Source: Candidatus Poribacteria bacterium
GTDB lineage: Bacteria > Poribacteria > WGA-4E > UBA9662
DNA length: 64,000 nucleotides
Assembly (NCBI GenBank): GCA_046582655.1
Contig: JAYGDX010000279.1
Span: 16,007-80,006, forward strand
Reading direction: 5' to 3'
Shown: piece by piece, positions 33,903-43,625 of the stretch
Layout of the letters: each line of letters opens with the position of its first letter
Numbering within the stretch: the first letter of the stretch is position 1
The notes under the pieces: generated by a model
Seen by the model: only the letters and a program-made list of their open reading frames with translations
Told to the model about the DNA's origin: nothing
Database searches by the model: none
Made by a program: the position numbers and the translations under genes

Positions 33903-34727
33903 ATGGCAGAAGAAAGCAACAACGAACTCATCCCTGTTCCTGAATACGAGGTTCTTGAAAAAGTCGATGACCAAGCCATTATACAAATGATGACTGGTCA
34001 GGCGATAAAGGATTATGTATATTCATTCAAACAGGGTGGAAAAGTTGTGGAAGGGCTTACACTAGCTGGAATTAATGAAGCGGCAAATCGTCGTGGTGGC
34101 ATCGAAGTCGATTCAATCGAGTACACGGAACGAGAGCAATCTTGGCTGGCAGTAGTTAAGGCCACTGATTCTTTCACTGGATCGTCAAGGTATGGTGCCT
34201 GTGAACAGCCGAAGAATGCTGGATCCCGTCCTGATCCGTTTGCTTTTACTAAGGCAATTCATAAGGCTCAGCGTAATGCCATAAAACAGCTGTTGCCGGT
34301 TCCGGTAATTAAGGAGGTTCTTAACTACTACCTACACGGTAAATCGAGTGGGTCAACTTACGAAGTCCTTGAATCAAATGCCTCTCAAAACGATAATGTG
34401 ACAAATGCGCAAAAAGCGGCTTTTTCTGTGGCAAGCAAACTCAAACCCAGATTTGATCAGCATGCTATTAGTCAGAATGATTTTTGGAATTATGTTAAAC
34501 GCTGTTATGGTGTCGAGACGCGAAACGACATGACAGAAATGCACTGGACGCAATTGTCGGCAGAATTAACTGCTGCTGACCGAACACCAGAGCTTTTTAA
34601 TGAGATGCTTGATCGTATTAAGAAATTGGAAGCTGCTGTTGCTGTCAGCGAAGTTCCAGAGACACCAGATCCAGCACTGAGCGTGGAGACGGGAAATTCC
34701 GACGCGTCTACAAATACCCCTTTCTAG
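33903..34727 (+). CDS. Hypothetical protein, Rad52/Sak-like single-strand annealing candidate
   Basis: LTLAGINEAA..GGIEV..WLAVVKATD..TGSSRYGA..FAFTKAIHKAQRNAIKQLLP; small helical C-terminal domain; tail ends TPF. Confidence 0.55.
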   Translation: MAEESNNELIPVPEYEVLEKVDDQAIIQMMTGQAIKDYVYSFKQGGKVVEGLTLAGINEAANRRGGIEVDSIEYTEREQSWLAVVKATDSFTGSSRYGACEQPKNAGSRPDPFAFTKAIHKAQRNAIKQLLPVPVIKEVLNYYLHGKSSGSTYEVLESNASQNDNVTNAQKAAFSVASKLKPRFDQHAISQNDFWNYVKRCYGVETRNDMTEMHWTQLSAELTAADRTPELFNEMLDRIKKLEAAVAVSEVPETPDPALSVETGNSDASTNTPF

Positions 34728-34775
34728 ATCATTTCCTCTCCTTCTTCCTACTCGGTGTCAACAATAAGTGCTTCA

Positions 34776-35921
34776 CTATTTTAATTCTGACAAGACTTCA
34801 AGAAATCGTCTCACGTCGTTGCTTCCATTATAAAGGTGCGTGGAAATTCTAACACGACCGTATTCTCCCCAGCATAGTATTCCTCTTGCTGCCAGTTGGT
34901 TCTGCATTTCCTTAGCATTCGAGAGTTGAAAGCAGGTATTGCCTGAACGGGAATCATAATTCTGTGGGCTGATTACTATAAATCCCAGATCCTTTAGTCC
35001 GTCACTGACTTGCTTGGATAAAGAACGTGCATGATCAGAAATTTTTGCTGTTCCGACAGAAAGCAGGATTTCAAGAGCTTGATCCAGATGCATAACGACC
35101 AGCATGGCAGGATTCCCTGGCTCCAATTTACCTGGCATCGGTTTTTCTGGCGCATTTGCTAGTCGTTCAGCACCTTGTTCCGGCCATACAGAGAGATTAT
35201 GCCAACCGAAACAGGTGACTTTCGTTTCTGTTTCTGCCCGCTCACTAAAATAACATGGTGCTACCCCGTGTGTGGCAAGCATCCATTTGTAACTACTACT
35301 GACTGTTAAATCCGTTAATTCTGCCGCAACTTCCACGACTCCAGAAGAGTGCGTGGCGTCGACGGCCAAGAGGGTATGGTAATCTCGGATGCCTTCCGAT
35401 AATTGTTCCAGATTCAAGCATTGTCCGGTATAAAAACTAACGTGGCTTACGGCGAGTACCCTTGTTCTGTCGTCGGTGGCATTCAATAAATCTATTTCGT
35501 TCACCATCCAGTTAGAATGGGGAATCAATCGTATATCAACGCCCTGTGATCTGAGATGTTTCCACGCATAGGCTACAGATGGAAATTCCAGGTTGGTTGT
35601 TACCACATTGTCTCCCTCTCGCCAGTCTAAACCTCGTGCTAGCCAGTTCATGCCCTCGGCCGCCGATGGCATAAAAGCTATTCGGTGTGCGGGTACTTTC
35701 CACAGTTTTCCCATTTTCTGCCGGCATTGTTCACCTCTGGCATAAATTTTCGATCGGCCATCATACCCGGCGCTCTTCAATTGTGCAAACTCCGCGAAAA
35801 CTTTTTCTTGGATTTTTAACCAGGGAGCTTCTCCCCCTGTACACAGATGTATTATCTCATCTAAATCTACGAATTCGTCTGGATGGACTAAAGGTTTTAC
35901 ATCTGCATCTGGGGTTTTCAT
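34776..35921 (-). CDS. Aminotransferase class V PLP enzyme (cysteine desulfurase-like)
   Basis: EFPS, SHVSFYTG, VDATHSSG, SSYKWM (PLP Lys), VRISTHLYN. Confidence 0.92.
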   Translation of the reverse strand: MKTPDADVKPLVHPDEFVDLDEIIHLCTGGEAPWLKIQEKVFAEFAQLKSAGYDGRSKIYARGEQCRQKMGKLWKVPAHRIAFMPSAAEGMNWLARGLDWREGDNVVTTNLEFPSVAYAWKHLRSQGVDIRLIPHSNWMVNEIDLLNATDDRTRVLAVSHVSFYTGQCLNLEQLSEGIRDYHTLLAVDATHSSGVVEVAAELTDLTVSSSYKWMLATHGVAPCYFSERAETETKVTCFGWHNLSVWPEQGAERLANAPEKPMPGKLEPGNPAMLVVMHLDQALEILLSVGTAKISDHARSLSKQVSDGLKDLGFIVISPQNYDSRSGNTCFQLSNAKEMQNQLAARGILCWGEYGRVRISTHLYNGSNDVRRFLEVLSELK

Positions 35922-36093
35922 CTTCTAGGTCCAGTTTCAAATAATCCTTTTTGTCTTTTTGCCTCGGTTTTTTTATTGAAAGATCTAAATTTGAATTATT
36001 GGTGAAGGGTAGCCGTAGGTAGGAAAATGTGTGGGGTCAGTCGAATACTTATCTACTAACTCGGATTTATTGTCGACTCTAAACTTGTGTCAT

Positions 36094-37557
36094 TCAGAGG
36101 TCACTAGGAATTCCATAGTTTTCCCATCTTTTGTCGACGAACTCTATCATTTCCTCTGACATCTGGATTTCTTCCGGCCACTCACGTTGGAACCCCTCTT
36201 CCGGCCATTTCTTGGTAGCGTCAATTCCCATTTTTGATCCAGCGCCAAGGAGCGGCGCAGCATGATCAAGAACATCAATGGGGCCGTCTACAAAGGTAAT
36301 ATCCCGTTTGGGATCGACGTTACTTCCTACACGAAACCACACTTCATCTGTATCTTGGACGTCAACATCCTTATCGACAACCACAATGATTTTACTAAAC
36401 ATCAATTGCCCGAATCCCCAGAAACTGTGCATCATTTTTTTCGCTTGAAATGGGTAACGCTTATCTATTGAAATAAAAGCGAAATTATGGAAAATGCCAA
36501 AAATGGGAAGGTTCATATCGACTAATTCTGGGAATTGGGTTTTAAGCAGTGGCAAGAAAATACGTTCAGTTGCTTTGCCCATATAATAATCTTCCATTGG
36601 TGGTTTTCCCACAATAATTGTTTGGTAAATCGGTTTCTGGCAGTGTGTAATCGCCGTTAAGTGAAAAACGGGATATTGATCGGCTGAGGAATAGTAACCC
36701 GTATGATCTCCAAATGGTCCTTCGAGACATGTTTCATTTGGATCAATATACCCCTCAAAGACAATGTCTGCGTCAGCCGGTACAGAGAGATCTACAGTTT
36801 TACACTTTATTAATGTTACGTTGGATTTGCGTAAGAAGCCAGCGAATAGGAATTCCTCAATCCCAGTTGGGAGTGGGGCAGTTGCTGCATAAGTCATCAC
36901 TGGATCTCCACCAACAGCTACAGCGACGGGCATTTGTTTTCCTGCCTGAAAATACTCACGGCAATGTTTAGCACCATCGTGGTGGATCTGCCAGTGCATA
37001 GCGAAAGTGCGGTTGTTAATTTTTTGCATGCGGTACATGCCAACGTTCCGATCGCCATGCTCAAGGCCTCTGGTGATCACTTGGGGTAATGTAACGTACT
37101 TACCGCCGTCTTCCGGCCAGCATTTAATAATCGGAATTTTATCCAGATCGATTTGCTCTTCGGTTAATACGACTTCTTGGCAACTGCCGTTTCGTACCTG
37201 TTTGGGGGGGAATTTGGTGAGTTTGGAAAGGGTGCCGAGAATTTGGACTTTTTCAAGTATTGTCTGGGGAGGTTTGATTTTGATTAACTCCCCAATTTCT
37301 TCGGCAATTTCCTGTATGTCTTTAACACCAAGTGCCAGTGACATTCGCTGGTACGAACCGAAGGCATTGATCAGAAGAGGGATTTCGCTGCCGGCAATGT
37401 TCTCAAATAATAATGCTGGGCCGCCATCCTTGCTTTTGCTGACCCGATCGGTTATCTCAGCGACTTCAAGTTCTGGTGAGACTTCTAATTTAATACGAAG
37501 AAGTTCGCCTGCCTGATCCAGTGTCTCAATAAAATCGGAAAGCCCAGTGTAAGCCAT
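36094..37557 (-). CDS. ubiD: UbiD family decarboxylase (menaquinone biosynthesis type)
   Basis: GGPALLFEN, WPEDGG, NVGMYR, EGPFGDHTGYY, GKPPMED, SKMGIDATKK. Confidence 0.93.
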   Translation of the reverse strand: MAYTGLSDFIETLDQAGELLRIKLEVSPELEVAEITDRVSKSKDGGPALLFENIAGSEIPLLINAFGSYQRMSLALGVKDIQEIAEEIGELIKIKPPQTILEKVQILGTLSKLTKFPPKQVRNGSCQEVVLTEEQIDLDKIPIIKCWPEDGGKYVTLPQVITRGLEHGDRNVGMYRMQKINNRTFAMHWQIHHDGAKHCREYFQAGKQMPVAVAVGGDPVMTYAATAPLPTGIEEFLFAGFLRKSNVTLIKCKTVDLSVPADADIVFEGYIDPNETCLEGPFGDHTGYYSSADQYPVFHLTAITHCQKPIYQTIIVGKPPMEDYYMGKATERIFLPLLKTQFPELVDMNLPIFGIFHNFAFISIDKRYPFQAKKMMHSFWGFGQLMFSKIIVVVDKDVDVQDTDEVWFRVGSNVDPKRDITFVDGPIDVLDHAAPLLGAGSKMGIDATKKWPEEGFQREWPEEIQMSEEMIEFVDKRWENYGIPSDL

Positions 37558-37645
37558 TTATTTCCTTACTGCGAGTTGGTATTTTATGCTGTTTGACACA
37601 CGTTTAGCAGTTTTCGGGCATCAACTGAAAGGAGGTATACACCCA

Positions 37646-37909
37646 TTAGCCACCGCTAATGGCAGGAACAAAGTGGATTTCTGAATCTGGACTTACCGTC
37701 TCACGCATACCTGCTTGTGAAAGCTCACTTCCGACATAAACAGCGATAAATGGTTTAATCCGATCGCCGTCACAAAGCCGATCTTTTACACCAGGAAAAG
37801 CTTCGTCAAAATTAAGGATAATTTCGCGGATTGTTTCGCCTTCAACGTTCACCTGATCCTGACCTGCGGTCAGGTCTTGCATAAGCGAAGGAACTGATAC
37901 AAGTGCCAT
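37646..37909 (-). CDS. MoaD/ThiS family sulfur carrier
   Basis: Ubiquitin-like size, C-terminal PAISGG. Confidence 0.9.
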   Translation of the reverse strand: MALVSVPSLMQDLTAGQDQVNVEGETIREIILNFDEAFPGVKDRLCDGDRIKPFIAVYVGSELSQAGMRETVSPDSEIHFVPAISGG

Positions 37910-37913
37910 TTTT

Positions 37914-40172
37914 TTAGATACTCCCCATGGCTTGAAGCACACGATCAGGAGACATTGGCAGTTCTGTCATTCGAACGCCGATAGCTCTTGAGACGGCATT
38001 GGCTATAGCGGCAAGTGGGGGAACAAGAGGAACTTCACCGGCCCCTCTAACGCCGTACGGGTGTCCCGGATTCGGCACTTCAACCAGTACAGTTTCAATA
38101 CTCGGCAGATCGTAGCTGGTCGGCATTCGATAATCAAGAAAACTCGCGTTTGTCATATGACCTTCATCGTTATATAAGTATCCTTCACTAAGAGCCCAAC
38201 CAACTCCTTGTGCAACTCCACCTTCAACTTGTCCTTCAGCGTAGCTCGGGTGAATTGCCCTACCAACATCCTGAATGGCGGTATAGCGCAAAATATCGAC
38301 TTTACCTGTTTCCGGATCAACTTCAAGATCGACAATGTGGGTTGCGAAACCGTTGCCAGCGCCCCCAGGACTGGCAGTTACCGACCCCACTAATGGGCCT
38401 CCGGCAGCGGCCACTTCTTTGAAGGTCATTCGTAACGCATCACCATTTTTTTGAGCTAAGAATATTCCATCTTCAAACCGCACGTCGGAGGGTCTAAGTT
38501 CCCAATGCTTGGCAGCAACTCCTATCATTTGTGCCCTGATGTCCTCGGCCGCATTGATAGCTGCAATACCAGTTGCAAAAGTTGTACGGCTCCCGCCAGT
38601 GACACCTGTATAACCAACCGAATCCGTATCACCCACAGCAGGCATAACATCTTCTGCTGATATTCCTAACACTTCTGCTGCTTGCATGGCGATTGATGCG
38701 CGCGTTCCACCAATATCCGTGGACCCCTCGATCAGATTAATTCTGCCATCAGTATTGACATTGATGGTTACACTAGACCGGCCACCACCATTCATCCAGA
38801 AACCTGAGGCAACGCCTCTTCCTCTTAGCTTACCATTAGGTTTTATATCAATTGATTCCGCGTAGTGGTGATGATTTTGAGCTGCTTCAACAGTTTCCAG
38901 ATAACCAATCTTTGGATAAATCGGACCATCACAACGGCGGTCTCCCTCTTTGGCGCCATTGATCAGTCGAAATTCAATTGGGTCCATGTCCAATTTTTGG
39001 CAGATTTCGTCTATAACACATTCTGATGCAAAGCAAGCATTGGGTGCTCCTGGTGCCCTGTAGGCTGAAGATTTTGGCTTATTTAATACGACATCGTACC
39101 CATCAATTTGTAGATTGTCAATTTTATAAGGGGCGAAAATACAGAGCGATCCAGCACCAACAGCCGATCCCGGATAAGCACCCGCTTCAAAGACTAGATG
39201 TGCTTCAGCGGCCGTGATTTTTCCCGTCGTGTCAGCACCCAATTTTACGCGAATATATGAGCCAGGTGCTGGGCCGGTTCCCTCAAAGACTTCCGTCCGT
39301 GTCATTGTCATCTTGACCGGCTTCCTAGTTTTCATAGCTAAAAGCGCGGCAATGGGTTTGATATACACTTGAACTTTCCCTCCGAAACCACCACCAATTT
39401 CCATCGGTACAACTTTGATTTTTGAAACTGGCATTTTGAGGATTTTGGAAAGTTGGTCACGAACCCCGAATGCGCCTTGTGTACTGCACCATACCGTCAG
39501 CTCGCCATCTTCGTTGTATTGAGCGGTAGCGTTATGGGTTTCAATATATCCTTGGTGTATTGTGGCTGTTGAAAAATCGCGTTCAACGATTACGTCTGCT
39601 GCAGCAAAACCTGTTTCTAAATCACCGTGTTTCATCTGCGAATGGCTGGCAACATTCTGTGATTGATCTCCTTTTTTTCCTATCGATTCTGTTTTTAGGG
39701 ATTCATGCAGGACGGGAGCATCTGGCTCCATTGCCTGACGGACATCAAGAACCGGCTCGAGAATTTCGTAGTCTACCTCAATCATGTCGAGCGCTTCTTC
39801 AGCAGCATAAGGATCAGTTGCGGCAACAGCGGCCACCGGGTGTCCTTTATATAAAGCTTTGTCGCTGGCAAGAATATTATCGCTCAAATGTTTAAGGTTT
39901 ATAACCGTTTCACCCAGTTCTGTGATAGTATCTTCGACTAATGGTAAGTCCTCTGAGGTGATTACGCATTTTATTGCTGGATGTGACGCAGCCTTACTAA
40001 CATCAATCGAACTAATTCGCGCATGTGCGTACGGGCTACGCAATACTTTACCATGTAACATATCAGGAAAATGAATATCAGCACCATAGGCCGCACGACC
40101 AGTTACTTTATCAATACCATCATGCCGAATTGGCCGTGTGCCAATTACTTTGAATTCTTTATTCTCAGCCAT
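37914..40172 (-). CDS. Xanthine dehydrogenase family molybdopterin-binding large subunit
   Basis: DKVTGRA, RSPYAHARI, GGGFGGK, AYRAPG, GGSRTT, GQVEGG..QG, GAGE. Confidence 0.95.
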   Translation of the reverse strand: MAENKEFKVIGTRPIRHDGIDKVTGRAAYGADIHFPDMLHGKVLRSPYAHARISSIDVSKAASHPAIKCVITSEDLPLVEDTITELGETVINLKHLSDNILASDKALYKGHPVAAVAATDPYAAEEALDMIEVDYEILEPVLDVRQAMEPDAPVLHESLKTESIGKKGDQSQNVASHSQMKHGDLETGFAAADVIVERDFSTATIHQGYIETHNATAQYNEDGELTVWCSTQGAFGVRDQLSKILKMPVSKIKVVPMEIGGGFGGKVQVYIKPIAALLAMKTRKPVKMTMTRTEVFEGTGPAPGSYIRVKLGADTTGKITAAEAHLVFEAGAYPGSAVGAGSLCIFAPYKIDNLQIDGYDVVLNKPKSSAYRAPGAPNACFASECVIDEICQKLDMDPIEFRLINGAKEGDRRCDGPIYPKIGYLETVEAAQNHHHYAESIDIKPNGKLRGRGVASGFWMNGGGRSSVTINVNTDGRINLIEGSTDIGGTRASIAMQAAEVLGISAEDVMPAVGDTDSVGYTGVTGGSRTTFATGIAAINAAEDIRAQMIGVAAKHWELRPSDVRFEDGIFLAQKNGDALRMTFKEVAAAGGPLVGSVTASPGGAGNGFATHIVDLEVDPETGKVDILRYTAIQDVGRAIHPSYAEGQVEGGVAQGVGWALSEGYLYNDEGHMTNASFLDYRMPTSYDLPSIETVLVEVPNPGHPYGVRGAGEVPLVPPLAAIANAVSRAIGVRMTELPMSPDRVLQAMGSI

Positions 40173-40659
40173 TATCAACCACCTCCGAATTCATTGGTTT
40201 AGCTGCGTCCATTACAGCTTCAATGATTTTATGATATCCTGTGCATCGACACAAATTGCCCGCCAGCCAAAATCGGACTTCTTCCTCGTTTGGCGTTGGG
40301 TTTTGCTCAAGAAGCGCTTTGGATGACACGATAAATCCGGGTGTGCAAATACCGCATTGAAGTGCGGCGTGTTCCAGGAATTTCTGTTGGATTGGATGTA
40401 GACCTTCAGGAGTGGCGATTCCTTCAATTGTCTCGATCTGCTGGCCTTCTGCTTCGACACCAAGCACTATACAGGAATTCACAATTCGGTCACCCAAACG
40501 CACCGTGCAGGCACCACAATTACCGTTATTGCAACCTTCTTTAGATCCGGTTAAATGAAGCTCGTCTCTGAGTATCTCAAGCAGGCTTTGGCGCGGTTCA
40601 CACAGGAATTCAACGCCTTCACCGTTAATCTCTGTTTGTACGTGTGTTTTTCTTGGCAT
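40165..40659 (-). CDS. Xanthine dehydrogenase family 2Fe-2S small subunit
   Basis: GCNNGNCGACTV, QCGICTPG, NLCRCTGY. Confidence 0.96.
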   Translation of the reverse strand: MPRKTHVQTEINGEGVEFLCEPRQSLLEILRDELHLTGSKEGCNNGNCGACTVRLGDRIVNSCIVLGVEAEGQQIETIEGIATPEGLHPIQQKFLEHAALQCGICTPGFIVSSKALLEQNPTPNEEEVRFWLAGNLCRCTGYHKIIEAVMDAAKPMNSEVVDNG

Positions 40660-41537
40660 TATTCAGTCTCCTTCACTCTATTTACAGCGCCATTTAGTGC
40701 CCGACGTGTAAGTACGCCCACAAGATGTTTCCTTTGGTTTGCCGTTCCTCGCATATCGCTGATTGGTCGAGCAATTGCTTGGGCGGCTTCTGCTGCTTGA
40801 TTGATAATTTCGTCGGAGATTCCCTGACCGGAAAGCAAATTACCTGCCTCTTCCGCATAAAGAGGCGTTGGGGCTACCGCACCCAGTGCGACATGCGCGG
40901 ATACAAATGATTTGTGATTCTCATCTAAAACCACTGATGCGCCAACACCAACAACAGCAATGTCCATCTCATTTCGTGGGATAAACCGCAAATAAAAGCT
41001 GCTGGAGTTCTTCTCAGGTACCGGAATCTTAATTGAGGTTAAGAACTCACCGTTTCCCATTGCCGTTTGACCGGGAGCAGTACAGAAATCCTTAGCTGCA
41101 ACCTCGCGGGTTCCGCTTGGCCCCGCAATCACACAGATCGCATTCAGTACAATCAGCGCTGGTATTGAATCGGCGGCTGGTGAAGCATTACATAAATTCC
41201 CACCAACGCTTGCCCGGCCTTGAATTTGGATTCCACCGATGATCGAGACAGCATCGATTAAGCCAGGGTATGTAGATTTGATATCTGGATTGTTATAGAT
41301 TTTATAACAGGGTGTGGACGCGCCAAGCACCAAACCGTCAGTTGCACTGTATGAAATTTCGTTGACTTCGGGAATTTGCTTGACATCAACCATCAGTTCT
41401 AAACTTCGGCGTTTTTCGCGAACTTGAACGATGAGATCTGTTCCACCGCTTAATACCCGAGCTTGATCTCCTTTCTCTGAAAGCAGATCAATTGTTTCAC
41501 TGATACTTTTTGCTGCAACATATTTAAAGGCTTGCAA
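40659..41537 (-). CDS. Xanthine dehydrogenase family FAD-binding medium subunit
   Basis: SGGTDL, ASVGGNLCNASPAAD, GAVAPTP, PISDMRG. Confidence 0.95.
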   Translation of the reverse strand: MQAFKYVAAKSISETIDLLSEKGDQARVLSGGTDLIVQVREKRRSLELMVDVKQIPEVNEISYSATDGLVLGASTPCYKIYNNPDIKSTYPGLIDAVSIIGGIQIQGRASVGGNLCNASPAADSIPALIVLNAICVIAGPSGTREVAAKDFCTAPGQTAMGNGEFLTSIKIPVPEKNSSSFYLRFIPRNEMDIAVVGVGASVVLDENHKSFVSAHVALGAVAPTPLYAEEAGNLLSGQGISDEIINQAAEAAQAIARPISDMRGTANQRKHLVGVLTRRALNGAVNRVKETE

Positions 41538-41610
41538 AGTTCTTTTCCTTAATAGTTTTAATGTAGAGTTTTGCTTGCTAATTGTATCTTAGTGAGAATT
41601 CAATCATATG

Positions 41611-42111
41611 TCAAACCAAAAGATCACTGTATGAGACAGGTACTAGATCCTCTTCAACAATCTTAAGAGTGTCTTTGACATGATTATGTTCTAACCAAGC
41701 TGATGTTTCTGTTTGATTTCGTAGGACCGTTTCCAACTCAATGAAATCACCTAATCCGGAAACGTGATCTAGGTGGACTCGTGTATTGCCAAACCACCAC
41801 AAATCTCGAGTTTTTTCAACAATAACCTTTGTACCAAGGGCGCTTGATAGAATCAGTTTGAACGAATCTAAGTCATGAATTTGGCAGATGTGGTAATCAC
41901 TGTAACAAGATTCAGCTGTATCACAACGATGATAGTAGATTAGGCTGGCGAAATCTGAGCCTTCCTCGCGAAGTTTGAGCCTGCCCTCAGGCGCATTAAA
42001 ATAGGTGTCAACTTGGCACATTTTTTTCTCGTGTGTCGCCCCGAGTCCAACTAAATTTTGGATTGCTAGCTCTGGTGATATACATTTCGCTTTCACTTCT
42101 AAGTTTTTCAT
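41611..42111 (-). CDS. cyaB: CYTH domain class IV adenylate cyclase-like protein
   Basis: NLEVKA (ExExK-like), QVDTYF, RLKLR, KTR, LDHVSGLGDFIELE, SYSDLL. Confidence 0.88.
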   Translation of the reverse strand: MKNLEVKAKCISPELAIQNLVGLGATHEKKMCQVDTYFNAPEGRLKLREEGSDFASLIYYHRCDTAESCYSDYHICQIHDLDSFKLILSSALGTKVIVEKTRDLWWFGNTRVHLDHVSGLGDFIELETVLRNQTETSAWLEHNHVKDTLKIVEEDLVPVSYSDLLV

Positions 42112-42166
42112 CTTTTAGGCACGATGACATATAATTTTCGATAGCTACAGCATGATTTTGGATATT

Positions 42167-43429
42167 CTAAGTTAGATACCCACGTAACTCAGTCGCTTTT
42201 GCAACACGCTGGACACCAACCATGAATGCTGCTGTACGCAGTGAGACACCTTTGTTTTTATGGATTTCAAAGACATTCTTATAAGCTTTAACCAGCATTT
42301 CCTTCATTTCCTTGTTCACTCGATTAATATCCCATTTGAACTGTTGAATGTTTTGTACCCACTCGAAGTATGAAACGATAACACCACCGGCATTAACCAA
42401 AATGTCGGGAAAGACTGGAATACCCCTATCGGCTAAAACCTGTTCTCCTGACATGGTTGTAGGGTAATTTGCTGCCTCAAAGATTGCCGATGCCTGAATT
42501 CGGTTGGCATTTTCCTCAGTAATTACTCCGCCGATGGCAGCTGGTATCAGAATATCACATTCAAGTTCAAGTATCTCTTGATTAGATATCTGATCAGCAT
42601 CCCTGTAATCTTTCAGCGGTCGGCGTTCAACAGCATATTGAAATAACTGTTGTATTGGTAACCCATTTGGATTATATATCCCACCATAATAATCGCTGAT
42701 GGCAATAATTTTGGCTCCCATTTGTGTAAGATACAACGCTGCGTGGGAGCCAACGTTCCCAAAACCATGAATAACAACTTTATCAAAGGATAAATTAAAA
42801 TCGATTGTGGCTTCGGCGATTATTATTGATGTTCCATGACCTGTGGCTTCATTGCGGCCGATGGAACCACCCAATTCAATGGGCTTGCCGGTGACGATTT
42901 CCGGAGTATGGCCGTATCGTTTGCCGTATTCATCCATCATCCAAGCCATTACTTGAGCGTCAGTACCCATATCTGGCGCAGGTATATCTCGTTGTGGCCC
43001 CAAAATGAGCGAAATTTTACGGGTGAAAATTCTGGTTAGCCGTTCTAATTCATTTGTTTCAAGATCCAAGGCATTACACGTAACACCACCTTTAGCACCT
43101 CCGAACGGTATATCAGCTAGTGCTGTTTTCCAGGTCATCAAGGCGGCAAGGGCTCGAATATCTTCTAAATCGGCAGTGGAATGAAATCGAATGCCTCCTT
43201 TGTATGGACCGCGAGATCCATTATGCTGGACACGATAACCGGTGTACAAATCAAGGTGGCCATCATTTCGACGTAGCGGAACTTCAACGATAATCTCACG
43301 ATACGGTTTAATCAGCGTCTGGCAGATTTCTTCAGATAAACCAAGTTGTTCAGCCGCGCCATCAAAAAAATAGTTTACAGTATCTGTTGGGGACTCTTTT
43401 CTCTTTTCGTTTGGGTTTGGGTTTGGCAT
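42167..43429 (-). CDS. gdhA: Glutamate dehydrogenase (Glu/Leu/Phe/Val dehydrogenase family)
   Basis: GPYKGGIRF, MTWK, GGAKGG, DIPAPDMGT, GFGNVG, NAGGVIVSYFEWVQN. Confidence 0.93.
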   Translation of the reverse strand: MPNPNPNEKRKESPTDTVNYFFDGAAEQLGLSEEICQTLIKPYREIIVEVPLRRNDGHLDLYTGYRVQHNGSRGPYKGGIRFHSTADLEDIRALAALMTWKTALADIPFGGAKGGVTCNALDLETNELERLTRIFTRKISLILGPQRDIPAPDMGTDAQVMAWMMDEYGKRYGHTPEIVTGKPIELGGSIGRNEATGHGTSIIIAEATIDFNLSFDKVVIHGFGNVGSHAALYLTQMGAKIIAISDYYGGIYNPNGLPIQQLFQYAVERRPLKDYRDADQISNQEILELECDILIPAAIGGVITEENANRIQASAIFEAANYPTTMSGEQVLADRGIPVFPDILVNAGGVIVSYFEWVQNIQQFKWDINRVNKEMKEMLVKAYKNVFEIHKNKGVSLRTAAFMVGVQRVAKATELRGYLT

Positions 43430-43481
43430 AGGTAATCTTCAGTTATAATTATCTTAACATAAATATGCATGACATAGATTT

Positions 43482-43510
43482 ATTTTACAATTTCCGCTGA
43501 TTCCTGTCAA
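43482..43510 (-). promoter_or_regulatory. Sigma70-type promoter for gdhA and downstream genes
   Basis: TTGACA-17 nt-TAAAAT on the minus strand, ~50 nt upstream of the gdhA ATG. Confidence 0.65.
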
Positions 43511-43625
43511 TTTTAAACCCTTTGAAAATTGATTCGCATGCTAGAAACCCAGATTATGATTTGTCAAACTTAGGGATACAAAAAACTAAATAGGTTTTAT
43601 TTAAGGTGATTTAGTGCGGCAATTC

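Noticed and set aside
37914..41537. Aerobic CO dehydrogenase coxMSL
   Set aside because: The active-site loop is AYRAPG without the Cu-binding Cys of AYxCSFR, and no coxDEFG genes are adjacent
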